A DNA stretch of 35,359 nucleotides from a virus (taxonomy: Duplodnaviria; Heunggongvirae; Uroviricota; Caudoviricetes), in IMG/VR virus record IMGVR_UViG_2545824719_000022, positions 1 through 35,359 of that record; one strand, 5' to 3'. Below the pieces are notes generated by a model, which did not search any database, was not told the origin of the DNA, and saw nothing but the letters and a program-made list of their open reading frames with translations. Positions 27,076 to 35,359 of the stretch are shown here, in pieces (the stretch's first letter is position 1; each line of letters begins with the position of its first letter). The translations under genes and the position numbers were made by a program.

Positions 27076-29292
27076 ATGGAACTTAGATTAAAAAATGTTA
27101 CCAGTTATAAGAAAGACGCCTTCACAATACTGAATCTTGAAAAAAGAGTAAACATACTATACGGCCAAAATGGTTGTGGCAAATCTACCATTTCAAATTA
27201 TTTCTACGACTCTACACACACAGATTATAACGAGTGTGAATGTACCCTTCTTGACAATTACAAACCTCTTGTTTACAACACTAAATTTATTGAAGATAAT
27301 TTCTACAATGCACAGGAACAAAAAGGTGTTTTTACATTAAGTAAAGAAAATGCAGATATTGAAAAACAATTAATTAAAAAAGAAGCAATTAAACAGCAAC
27401 TTACAGAGCAATATAGACAAAAAAAAGGAGTGTTATTGAAATTAGAAGCAGAAATGGAAAAAAAAGAAAATGAATACATCGAATCGATCTGGAAAAAAAC
27501 AGAACCAATCAGAAACTCTGTACTAAAAATCTTAATGAAAGGTAAAGTTGGCTATAAAAGACCTTTTTTTGAGATGATAAAATCATCCTCACCAATCACC
27601 TTTATTAATTTAAATGATATAGCAAAAGAATACTCTATACTATTAGAAAATAGAAACAATGAAACCGCATTAATAACTCCTTTACACCCATATACCCCAT
27701 CAATTGATGATGTAAATACATTAGCAACACCTATAATAGATACAAGCAATAGCTATTTATCAGAAACCATTAATAAACTTCATAATCTTGACTGGGTAAA
27801 AAAAGGTAAAGAACATTATTTAGACGGTTCTACATGTCCGTTTTGTCAGGAAAAAACTATTAGTCGCGAATTTTTAAATGCCCTTAAATCAATATTTGAC
27901 GAAAGTTATTCAAAGAAAGTAAAACAGCTCTCAGATATAAAGTCAGTTTATGAGAAAAATACCATATATCATTTTAACGAAATACAAAACAATATATCAT
28001 CATGTGCACTAATCAATGAGAAAGATAAAGAGATCATTATTTCCAATATTAAAATATTGCAAAACATTGCAGAAAAAAATTTAATAAACATTATTGATAA
28101 GATCAACAATCCATCAACATGCGTTACATTAGAAATTGATAAAGAACTAGAAAATCATGTTCAGGAAAGCATAGACGCTGTTAACAAAAAAATAAGAGAC
28201 ATAAATGATAAGGTTAAAAAACTCAAAGAGTATGAGAATAAAATCGGAAAACAAGTTTGGGGGGCTCTCCATGCTTTTTGCAGCGATGATTTAGAGAATT
28301 TATCCAAACACAAAGAAAAATTCTTTGATATCAAAAAGAAAGTTCATGATGAATTAAATAATATTGAGCAACAAGGAAAAGAAAATAATCTCACAATAAA
28401 AGCATTGCGAGATAAAATATCTAACATTGATTCTACGATAGACTCAATAAACACCCATTTAAAAAATCTAGGGATCTCTGGTTTTTGTATTGAAAAACAT
28501 GCAGAAAGAAAAGATATGTACATTATATCTCGACCAGGGCATACAAAAAACCAAAATGTTTATAGATCTCTTAGCGAAGGTGAAAAAACACTAATAACGT
28601 TTCTTTATTTTTTAGAGTGCTGTAAAGGTAAAACCGATAAAAATGATACCGATAGCAGGGATATTTTTATTGTTATTGACGATCCAATATCTAGTCTATC
28701 GCAAAACTATGTCTACGACATCGCATCAATTATTCATCACCACATTATAAAAAATGAATTAACAAAGAAGGTATTAATCCTTACTCACAATCTTTATTTC
28801 TTTCATGAACTTATTAAGCTATCTCCTAAAAGCAGAGAAGACAAACTATTTAAGAAAAACTATTATCTAGGTAGAGTAACGAAAAATGATTTTAGTATAA
28901 TTACTGAAATACAAAAAAACAGCATACAGAATGAATATCAATCTTTGTGGCAAATATTAAAAGATGCAAAAGATGGCAAAGCAAACAAAATCATAATACC
29001 TAATATTATGAGAAACATACTAGAATATTATTTTGCATTTGTTCATAGAACAGATGCTCTACAAGATGAATTAACAAAGTTGGCACGCGACGATAGCAAC
29101 AGTGATTTCAAAGCATTCTACAGATACATTAACAGAGGTTCTCACTCTGATGCGGTAAATATTACTGATATGGGCGACATAGACCCAGATAAATACCTAA
29201 AACAATTGAGAACAATATTTTCAGCTACTGGTGACGAAATGCATTATTTAAAAATGATGGACGAACTAGAAGAGGAGAACGTTACCGCTTAG
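27076..29292 (+). CDS. Cargo protein: RloC/PrrC-family anticodon nuclease-like ABC/Rad50-type ATPase (738 aa)
   Basis: Motifs read from the translation: Walker A GQNGCGKST near the N-terminus; long Lys/Glu-rich coiled-coil with central CPFC zinc-hook-like motif; ABC signature-like LSEGEK; Walker B IFIVIDDP; H-loop LILTHN; C-terminal R-x3-E (RNILEYY) and N-x2-S-H (NRGSHSD) resembling the PrrC/RloC anticodon-nuclease catalytic motifs. Very AT-rich; ATG preceded by GAGG. Confidence 0.65.
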   Translation: MELRLKNVTSYKKDAFTILNLEKRVNILYGQNGCGKSTISNYFYDSTHTDYNECECTLLDNYKPLVYNTKFIEDNFYNAQEQKGVFTLSKENADIEKQLIKKEAIKQQLTEQYRQKKGVLLKLEAEMEKKENEYIESIWKKTEPIRNSVLKILMKGKVGYKRPFFEMIKSSSPITFINLNDIAKEYSILLENRNNETALITPLHPYTPSIDDVNTLATPIIDTSNSYLSETINKLHNLDWVKKGKEHYLDGSTCPFCQEKTISREFLNALKSIFDESYSKKVKQLSDIKSVYEKNTIYHFNEIQNNISSCALINEKDKEIIISNIKILQNIAEKNLINIIDKINNPSTCVTLEIDKELENHVQESIDAVNKKIRDINDKVKKLKEYENKIGKQVWGALHAFCSDDLENLSKHKEKFFDIKKKVHDELNNIEQQGKENNLTIKALRDKISNIDSTIDSINTHLKNLGISGFCIEKHAERKDMYIISRPGHTKNQNVYRSLSEGEKTLITFLYFLECCKGKTDKNDTDSRDIFIVIDDPISSLSQNYVYDIASIIHHHIIKNELTKKVLILTHNLYFFHELIKLSPKSREDKLFKKNYYLGRVTKNDFSIITEIQKNSIQNEYQSLWQILKDAKDGKANKIIIPNIMRNILEYYFAFVHRTDALQDELTKLARDDSNSDFKAFYRYINRGSHSDAVNITDMGDIDPDKYLKQLRTIFSATGDEMHYLKMMDELEEENVTA

Positions 29293-29541
29293 GCCGCATA
29301 TTATCGTTTTGGGTAAGAACGACGGTGCTTACGCACCGTCTCCCAACGCCCAAAGCGGTAGCGGTTGTACTGGCGTACATTCACTAGCTTTAACATGAGG
29401 CAATCTCCATGCCAGCACTATTGTTGCCAATAGCAGCCTTTATACCCTTTGTACAAAGCTAATACCAAGAGTAATGCAAAGTAGATGTCCCAAGCGGTAA
29501 CGGGGCTATTCTATGTCAAACACAGAAATAATCAAAGCGCC

Positions 29542-31806
29542 CTATGAATCCCCCCAACCATCAGCGACCGGATACGTGAATTTTTTCCCGTCATAATTTA
29601 CGGTCGCTCTACGCGCCAGCGCCTCAAGCTCCCATCGCTGCGGCCTGATACCGTTCTGAGCAAGGTCAACGCGGATACGGGTGATTTGCAATCGTTCAGA
29701 CCTGGTCAGTCTGGCAGATGGTGCAATTTCATGCGGTTTTAACGGGCTTCCGTTTCTTTGCTGACGGTTTGGCGTTCTCAGGTCGTATTTTAATGCGCCC
29801 CTGAGCGCCCTCACGACCTCCGGTTCATTCCATTCAATAACACCGTCATCAACCAGATTAAGCACTGCTGCGGCGTGCTCAGAAGGTGTGGGAGCCGGTA
29901 ACGAAGTATCACCACCGGTGAGCTTTCCACAGTTATTGACAGGACTCCGAGGCGCGGCGATGCCGCTTTTTAAAGTCAAGGGCTCAACGACCGGAACTTT
30001 CGGCACAATGCGCCAGTCCGTCGTTCTGGTGATATGAATATGACGCGCGCCGAGATGCGGCGCGTAAATGCCGACCACTCTCTCGACTTCTTCCTCGTAC
30101 TCGTTAACGTCATCCGACGGGCTACGGGCGACCCTGACAGTCTGACAATCGCGCGGGACATTTGCCCCGCCCTGCGCGCTGATATACAACGCAAAATCAC
30201 CACTGTCTGCAGCGGCGCGTGCAGCCTCGACGCGCTCGTCAAACTCATCAGCAATGCTGACGCCGCGAGGCAATTTGCGTAGTTCACGGTAAGCCCCCAT
30301 TGTCGGCAGACCAACCGTTTTAAATTGCGGAATGCGCCACGTTGACGCCCATGCGGTAACAGCCGCTGCAGTGTCTTTCAGCGGCCTGCCGGTATCGTTA
30401 TTGAGCTGACCATCCAGTGCATAGCCGTCGATATTTTTTGAGATGTATTTTGCGATATATCCCGCAGCACCGCCCCGGTTAAGGTGTTTTGCCTGAAAAC
30501 GGTTTCGCGCGGCTCCTCTTTCGTCACCATCCTCTTTGAGCGCATAGCGACGCATGATTTCGATAATCTGGTTACGCTGGCGTGGATTACAAAAAAGCAT
30601 CATATGCCAGTGCGGCGTTCCGTCGTGGTGTGGCTCGACGACACGCAAACCGTAGACCTGTAAATCATTATCCTTGAATGCCGTGCGCATCAGGCTCCAG
30701 ATGCGGCAGAGATAACGCTGCGCATCCTTTGGATTAAATGCCTCATCGTTCCAGCCGTGATTAAGCTGAACGGTTTTACTTTCGCCTTTTCTGACCTGAC
30801 GAGTCGGGTGATACTTTGACGGCGCGGTAAGCGTGATAAACATCCCCACATCACCCTCTGCGGCGGCGTAACGCTCAATACCGGCAATGGTGTTCATCAG
30901 CTCCATCCGGCGAATTTCAGGATTAGAAATACTGCCCATCACCTTACTGATAAGGTCGATGCGCTCGCCGGTTTCCCTGTTTTCAAGGTCACACGATTTA
31001 AGAAATTCCAGATTTGCCTGGCGGCGTGCACGCACATCACGAATGGCATGTTTACTGGCATAAGGAGAGCGGTCTTTATTGACCTCCCCGACAGCAATCA
31101 GTAACGCCTCATGCCAGCGCATACGCTGGCCTTTAAGCTGATGAGTCCACCACTCATCGTTAAACAGACGGGCAATGGCAGAATATGCCTGCCTCGTGGT
31201 CATCTGTCCTTTACGGTATTTTTTCCAGTAGAGCGGGGAAATATTGAAAGCTCGTGCAGCGCCAGCAACATGACCATAGAGGTGAGCCTGCGCCTCATCC
31301 GTAAACAGCGATTCTTTTTCGCCATGTGCATCAACCCAGGCATCGCAGAGTTCCTCATACATCATGAAAAGCTGCGATGAGATACGGGCAGCAAACTTTT
31401 TCAGCTCCTTGTCATTCATCCCCGGCAGGCGCGCATACTGGTCGCGCTCTGCCAGAAACAGCAACGACGCGTCGGTGTTCATTTCATGGCGCTGATTCAC
31501 ACGCTCAATGCGCGGCCATAAACGACGCTGAAAAGTGGATGTGAGGAAATAAAACCCGTGCACCGGGCTTTTATTGCGCCGGATGTAGTCATAGCGTGAA
31601 GTAAACAGCGAGCGCAAAAAGTAAGGCAGGCGGTTAATCGTGGATAAAACACCTTGCACCTGACGCATCTCGTCACGTGTAAGGGGTCTTTCGCGCCCGA
31701 GGGCCTCGCGTGGCGCGTTCCATGCATAAGCACCGGTAAACATCTTACCGGTGCCTGCGGCAAATGCTGACGGAGGGACAAAACGCCCGGAGGCTTTAAC
31801 GGCCAT
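29542..31806 (-). CDS. A: Replication initiation protein gpA (rolling-circle nickase)
   Basis: P2 A-like sequence, including the HUH-type HWHMMLF motif and paired tyrosines (YIAKYISK). Start placed at ATG 31806 (MAVKASGRF...); the track ORF begins at an upstream TTG (31848). Confidence 0.85.
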   Translation of the reverse strand: MAVKASGRFVPPSAFAAGTGKMFTGAYAWNAPREALGRERPLTRDEMRQVQGVLSTINRLPYFLRSLFTSRYDYIRRNKSPVHGFYFLTSTFQRRLWPRIERVNQRHEMNTDASLLFLAERDQYARLPGMNDKELKKFAARISSQLFMMYEELCDAWVDAHGEKESLFTDEAQAHLYGHVAGAARAFNISPLYWKKYRKGQMTTRQAYSAIARLFNDEWWTHQLKGQRMRWHEALLIAVGEVNKDRSPYASKHAIRDVRARRQANLEFLKSCDLENRETGERIDLISKVMGSISNPEIRRMELMNTIAGIERYAAAEGDVGMFITLTAPSKYHPTRQVRKGESKTVQLNHGWNDEAFNPKDAQRYLCRIWSLMRTAFKDNDLQVYGLRVVEPHHDGTPHWHMMLFCNPRQRNQIIEIMRRYALKEDGDERGAARNRFQAKHLNRGGAAGYIAKYISKNIDGYALDGQLNNDTGRPLKDTAAAVTAWASTWRIPQFKTVGLPTMGAYRELRKLPRGVSIADEFDERVEAARAAADSGDFALYISAQGGANVPRDCQTVRVARSPSDDVNEYEEEVERVVGIYAPHLGARHIHITRTTDWRIVPKVPVVEPLTLKSGIAAPRSPVNNCGKLTGGDTSLPAPTPSEHAAAVLNLVDDGVIEWNEPEVVRALRGALKYDLRTPNRQQRNGSPLKPHEIAPSARLTRSERLQITRIRVDLAQNGIRPQRWELEALARRATVNYDGKKFTYPVADGWGDS

Positions 31807-32071
31807 ATGAGCCAAAAGCCTCTGAACAACGCCTGCTGAGTTGCTCAACCTGCGCGTTTAAATCAGCAAAAGACTTTGCGCTTCCGGTCAGAATATCGTG
31901 ATGCATCAGGCCGGAAACGAGCTGGCTTAATTTCGGATAATAACCAACCACCGCCAGCCATTCCTGACCGGCGTTTTTACCGCTTTCCGCTCTCTTTTTC
32001 TCGTGGAGAATAAACTGAAAGCTGTCACTGGTAACGACATAACGTTCGCCAATTTCAATACGAATACTCAT
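31796..32071 (-). CDS. Early-operon hypothetical protein (91 aa)
   Basis: ATG start overlapping the upstream stop (ATGA); lies between the TraR-like gene and A. Confidence 0.55.
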   Translation of the reverse strand: MSIRIEIGERYVVTSDSFQFILHEKKRAESGKNAGQEWLAVVGYYPKLSQLVSGLMHHDILTGSAKSFADLNAQVEQLSRRCSEAFGSYGR

Positions 32072-32292
32072 GCCGTTCTCCGGTAATGTTTGTTTTTTGC
32101 TTCAAAGACTGACTGACAGGAAACACAACGCGTGGCTGACGGATAAGCCGCACGACGGGCAGCAGGTATTGGCGCGTCACACTCTTCGCAAACCAGTGCA
32201 GAAGCACCGCAATGTTTTACCCTTGCCGCGTTAATCTGACGCTCCAGTAATTCAGCCTGTTGTTCCTGAATAAAATCTACGTTGTCCGGCAT
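32068..32292 (-). CDS. TraR/DksA-family C4 zinc-finger protein (74 aa)
   Basis: CEEC-N17-CVSC zinc-finger spacing near the C-terminus; ATG start coupled (ATGA) to the upstream gene. Confidence 0.65.
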   Translation of the reverse strand: MPDNVDFIQEQQAELLERQINAARVKHCGASALVCEECDAPIPAARRAAYPSATRCVSCQSVFEAKNKHYRRTA

Positions 32293-32594
32293 TACCAGCT
32301 CCTTTTGTCGTTAAGTTTTTTAAATTCATCAGCGCAATAGCTGGCAATTTCTGTCGTTAATTTCGTCAGTTCATCCACGGAGGAGATTCGCTTGTGAAAT
32401 ACAGCGCGTTTAACAAGTAAATTGACCACATCAGACAGGAGGTTTAATTCATTCTGATAAATCGCGATAACAGACTCAGTTATTTCGCGTTTTTCTTTAT
32501 CAATACCAAGTTGAATAAGAGACAAATCACCATTTTTCATAACGGCGATTTTTAAGGCGTTATTCAGTAATACAACCGAACGAGAACAGGACAT
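32292..32594 (-). CDS. Early-operon hypothetical protein (100 aa)
   Basis: ATG at 32594 (second codon of the track ORF, which starts at TTG); translationally coupled to neighbours. Confidence 0.5.
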   Translation of the reverse strand: MSCSRSVVLLNNALKIAVMKNGDLSLIQLGIDKEKREITESVIAIYQNELNLLSDVVNLLVKRAVFHKRISSVDELTKLTTEIASYCADEFKKLNDKRSW

Positions 32595-32818
32595 CAAAGC
32601 ACCTCCCCGCGAGACAATCCGATATTGTGAAATTTTTCCGACTCCTGACTGAGCAGCTCGACTATCTCCACGCGGGATAACTCCGCCTTTGTGATGTGGC
32701 GAATCATGGCGTCAAGATGAGAAGAAAAGCGCGTCGCAGCGTCGGCCTGTGCTTCGGTTCTGGCCTGTTGCAGCAGTAATGCGTATATACCGCACTGATT
32801 TTCAGAAACTGTATGCAT
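32594..32818 (-). CDS. Early-operon hypothetical protein (74 aa)
   Basis: ATG at 32818 preceded by SD GGAGAAAG; the track ORF starts at an upstream TTG. Confidence 0.5.
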
Positions 32819-32881
32819 GACTTTCTCCAGGCAAAAAGAAGCCCCGCACAATTAAGTGCGTTAAAAACTCTGGTTAATTAC

Positions 32882-33388
32882 TTAATGCAGATATTGCTCT
32901 GGTTTTACCGACGTCAGAATTGTCGGCGCATACTCAAACAGGCTGAATAATTCACGTAATGCACGGAATAAAGCATCACGCCAGTAACATGACTCTTCAT
33001 TAATTCGCCAGTATGGCTGGTTGAATTCTTTTTCAGTCAATCCGGCATGCATAAATAAAGTACGGCGCTGACTGACAGTTAAAAAGCTAATATATGCATA
33101 CTCACTTGCGCCAACCTGACGGCGTTTTGAGAATGCCCCGCGCAATTCATCAATTGCACAAACCAGCCGTTCACGTTCGACGTCGTTCATTTCTTCAAAA
33201 CGCATCGTTGCGTGACGTTGTTTTAACTGCGCATGAAAGCAAACCGTTAGCCGTTCGCGCTCCATCATCTGATTATAATAATCACATGTATCCTGCCAGC
33301 GAGGGACGGCAAGATGCTTGCCAATTATCCGGCGCATAGCTGCTGGCTGTTTTTCAACGAGATTGAGCGTCATCACTGTCATTTCCAT
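32882..33388 (-). CDS. B: Replication protein gpB (helicase-loader-like)
   Basis: 168-aa ORF with ATG start; P2 B-like (…MTVMTLNLVEKQPAAMRRIIGKH…). Confidence 0.85.
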   Translation of the reverse strand: MEMTVMTLNLVEKQPAAMRRIIGKHLAVPRWQDTCDYYNQMMERERLTVCFHAQLKQRHATMRFEEMNDVERERLVCAIDELRGAFSKRRQVGASEYAYISFLTVSQRRTLFMHAGLTEKEFNQPYWRINEESCYWRDALFRALRELFSLFEYAPTILTSVKPEQYLH

Positions 33389-33576
33389 ACCCTCCGGCTT
33401 TTCAGAAAGATCAGAACCTTTTTTAACGGACTCTGTTTTTTGGTGCGGATAATGATTCCCTTACGCCCCTTACCGTGGGTGATGGTGAAGTCAATCGCCC
33501 TGGGGCTTTCGTTACGCAGTAACTGAGCAATACAACGCGGCTCATTCATAATCACAACCCCATCCACAAAAGCCAT
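33379..33576 (-). CDS. Small early-operon ORF between cox and B (hypothetical)
   Basis: 65-aa ORF overlapping both neighbours; an internal start is possible. Position matches the small ORF found between cox and B in P2-like phages. Confidence 0.4.
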   Translation of the reverse strand: MAFVDGVVIMNEPRCIAQLLRNESPRAIDFTITHGKGRKGIIIRTKKQSPLKKVLIFLKSRRVWK

Positions 33577-33824
33577 GCATCACGCTGTTCAACCGGTCGG
33601 TTATAAAACGCCTCATGCACACCGCGATTGAACTCAGGAATGAAAACCAGCTTGTCGCCTGCGCGAGCATTTGGTTTGTTTGGATCACGAAACTCAACAA
33701 CCGGCAGCTTATTAGCTTTAATCATTTCAACAACCGCAGTACGCGGTTTTCCGAGCAATTCTGCGAACTTATCAGGGTGTACCGCGTCAATCGGATACTG
33801 AATTACATAGTTGTTTGCGTCCAT
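33552..33824 (-). CDS. cox: Cox-like excisionase / developmental-switch repressor
   Basis: 90-aa product from ATG at 33824 (MDANNYVIQYPIDAVHPDKFAELLGKPRTAVVEMIKANKLPVVEF...), an HTH-like small protein, first gene of the early operon and divergent from C. Confidence 0.78.
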   Translation of the reverse strand: MDANNYVIQYPIDAVHPDKFAELLGKPRTAVVEMIKANKLPVVEFRDPNKPNARAGDKLVFIPEFNRGVHEAFYNRPVEQRDAWLLWMGL

Positions 33825-33972
33825 AAAACACACCTGTCGTGCTAATCTTATTTGTTCCAGCCCTTTCAAAACCGCTCAGGAACGCTCCTGACTGGCTGGA
33901 CTCACGCCCCAAAAGGTTTCCAAACAAGTACCTTTTGAGGGGAATATAGTCTCCATAAGGGAACCATGTCAA
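33825..33972. promoter_or_regulatory. Lysis-lysogeny switch region: divergent early (Pe) and repressor (Pc) promoters with C/Cox operators
   Basis: 148-bp intergenic region between divergent cox and C, the position of the P2 immunity switch; individual operators not resolved. Confidence 0.55.
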
Positions 33973-34266
33973 ATGAAAATATCGGAGAAACTTCGCGCAA
34001 TCCGCAAAGCTGAGGGATTAACGCAAAAAAAATTTTGCGAACTTAGCGGATTAGCACTTAGCTCATTGAAAAATTACGAAGGAGGACATAAAGAGCCTGG
34101 ACTACAAATCGTAAAGCAAGTGGTAAACACGCCTCTGTTTAAAAAATATACACTGTGGATTATGACAGATGAGGTTGCGCCAGAAGCCGGGCAGATTTCC
34201 CCGGTCGTCGCACACTCTGGGCAAGAAGAAACAACCTCGTCACACTCAGACCGCAAAACTGGCTAA
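33973..34266 (+). CDS. C: Immunity repressor C
   Basis: 97-aa ORF with ATG start; HTH-like N-terminus and the C-terminal FKKYTLWIMTDEVAPEAGQISP... segment, which resembles P2 C as I recall it. Confidence 0.85.
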   Translation: MKISEKLRAIRKAEGLTQKKFCELSGLALSSLKNYEGGHKEPGLQIVKQVVNTPLFKKYTLWIMTDEVAPEAGQISPVVAHSGQEETTSSHSDRKTG

Positions 34267-34378
34267 CTATTTACCGAAATTACATGCACATAAAATGCAT
34301 GTTACTGGTAAAAAAATATTCACCACACAACCATAAAGGGTCAAACAACAAGAAAACACGTGCTCATCGGAGGGCTTT

Positions 34379-35359
34379 ATGAGTATCAGAAAGCTCGATG
34401 ATGGACGTTATGAAGTGGATATTAGGCCTCGCGGTCGCGATGGAAAGCGCATCCGCAGGAAATTTGAAAGAAAAGCTGAAGCACTAGCATTTGAGCGATA
34501 CACAATCGCCAATGCCAGTCAGAAAGAATGGGGAGGCCAGCGAGCAGACCGCCGAACTTTGACAGAATTGCTCGACATCTGGTGGAAATACCACGGGCAA
34601 AACCACGAGCATGGGACAAAAGAGTTTAATCATCTGCTCAAAACCATCAGCGGTATAGGTGATATACCAGTGAGTCGGATGAACAAAAGGGCTTTGATGG
34701 ATTATCGCTCCATGCGACTACGTGATGGCATCAGTGCTGCAACGATAAACCGCGACATGTACCGATTATCCGGCATGTTCACAAAATTAATTCAATTAGA
34801 TGAATTTTCCGGGCAACACCCAATTCACGGACTGCCGCCACTGACGGAGGCTAACCCTGAAATGACGTTCCTAGAAAAAGCAGAAATCGAAAAACTGCTA
34901 AATGTTTTGACTGGTGATGACTTACTTGTCGCGCTTTTATGTCTGAGCACTGGAGGAAGATGGACGGAAGTTGCCACGCTAAAACCAGCACAGATTACAA
35001 GTTGCAGGGTTACCTTCCTGAAAACCAAAAACGGTAAAAAGCGAACAGTGCCGATATCTGAGGAACTGGAGAAAAAAGTTAAAGAGGAGGCCAGCGCCAA
35101 ATTGTTCAAGGTCGATTATGAGAAGTTTTGCGGGATTTTACGCAGAGTAAAACCTGACATACCTCCCAATCAGGCAACCCACATTCTGCGGCATACATTC
35201 GCAAGCCATTTCATGATGAATGGGGGCAACATAATTGCACTGCAACAGATTCTGGGGCATGCGAGCATTCAGCAGACAATGACCTATGCGCATCTTGCGC
35301 CTGACTACCTGCAGAACGCCGTCGCTCTGAATCCACTAAAAGGCGGAGTGACGTTATAA
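34379..35359 (+). CDS. int: Tyrosine integrase (P2 Int family)
   Basis: 326-aa ORF with ATG start ending with TAA at 35357-35359; conserved HILRHTFASHF and LGHASIQQTMTYAHL catalytic box (R..H-x-x-R..Y). Confidence 0.9.
   Translation: MSIRKLDDGRYEVDIRPRGRDGKRIRRKFERKAEALAFERYTIANASQKEWGGQRADRRTLTELLDIWWKYHGQNHEHGTKEFNHLLKTISGIGDIPVSRMNKRALMDYRSMRLRDGISAATINRDMYRLSGMFTKLIQLDEFSGQHPIHGLPPLTEANPEMTFLEKAEIEKLLNVLTGDDLLVALLCLSTGGRWTEVATLKPAQITSCRVTFLKTKNGKKRTVPISEELEKKVKEEASAKLFKVDYEKFCGILRRVKPDIPPNQATHILRHTFASHFMMNGGNIIALQQILGHASIQQTMTYAHLAPDYLQNAVALNPLKGGVTL

Larger units (their letters stand above)
1635..35359. mobile_element. P2-like prophage (Peduovirus-type), attR side to end of int; attL junction outside window
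   Basis: Contiguous, syntenic set of P2 gene homologues in canonical prophage order (ogr ... Q, cos, A, B, cox, C, int), flanked on the left by host yegQ/cyaR. Confidence 0.92.

Noticed and set aside
29542-31848. 768-aa version of gene A starting at TTG 31848
   Set aside because: The in-frame ATG at 31806 gives an N-terminus (MAVKASGRF...) matching what I recall for P2 A; the TTG start is probably an ORF-caller extension. It remains possible.

Overview
Almost the whole window (about 1.6-35.4 kb) is a P2-like temperate myovirus prophage, sitting immediately downstream of the host gene yegQ and the sRNA cyaR. All backbone genes read as P2 homologues, from my own reading of the supplied translations; no database search was run. 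Order is: ogr; the tail genes D-U-T-E/E'-FII-FI; tail fibre G-H; baseplate I-J-W-V; tail completion S-R; lysis lysC/lysB-lysA-K-Y; X-L; terminase/capsid M-N-O; divergent P-Q; a cos site; the early replication operon cox-B-A; repressor C and integrase. The integrase gene ends at the last base of the window, so the second attachment junction (attL) lies outside it. Two AT-rich cargo islands sit in the two classical P2 accessory slots and are the most interesting content. (1) Between FI and G (Z/fun slot, ~8.2-11.8 kb): a protein with an Mrr-like PD-(D/E)xK nuclease N-terminal domain, a protein with a HEPN-like Rx4H motif plus a cysteine-rich zinc-ribbon cluster, and an oppositely oriented small hydrophobic ORF with its own near-consensus promoter. 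Together these look like a candidate, possibly undescribed, anti-phage defence/abortive-infection module. (2) Between cos and gene A (tin/old slot, 27.1-29.3 kb): a 738-aa ABC/Rad50-like ATPase with a CxxC zinc hook and a C-terminal PrrC/RloC-type anticodon-nuclease motif. Other notable features are the E/E' -1 frameshift, 132-bp tandem repeats in tail fibre gene H, and embedded lysC.
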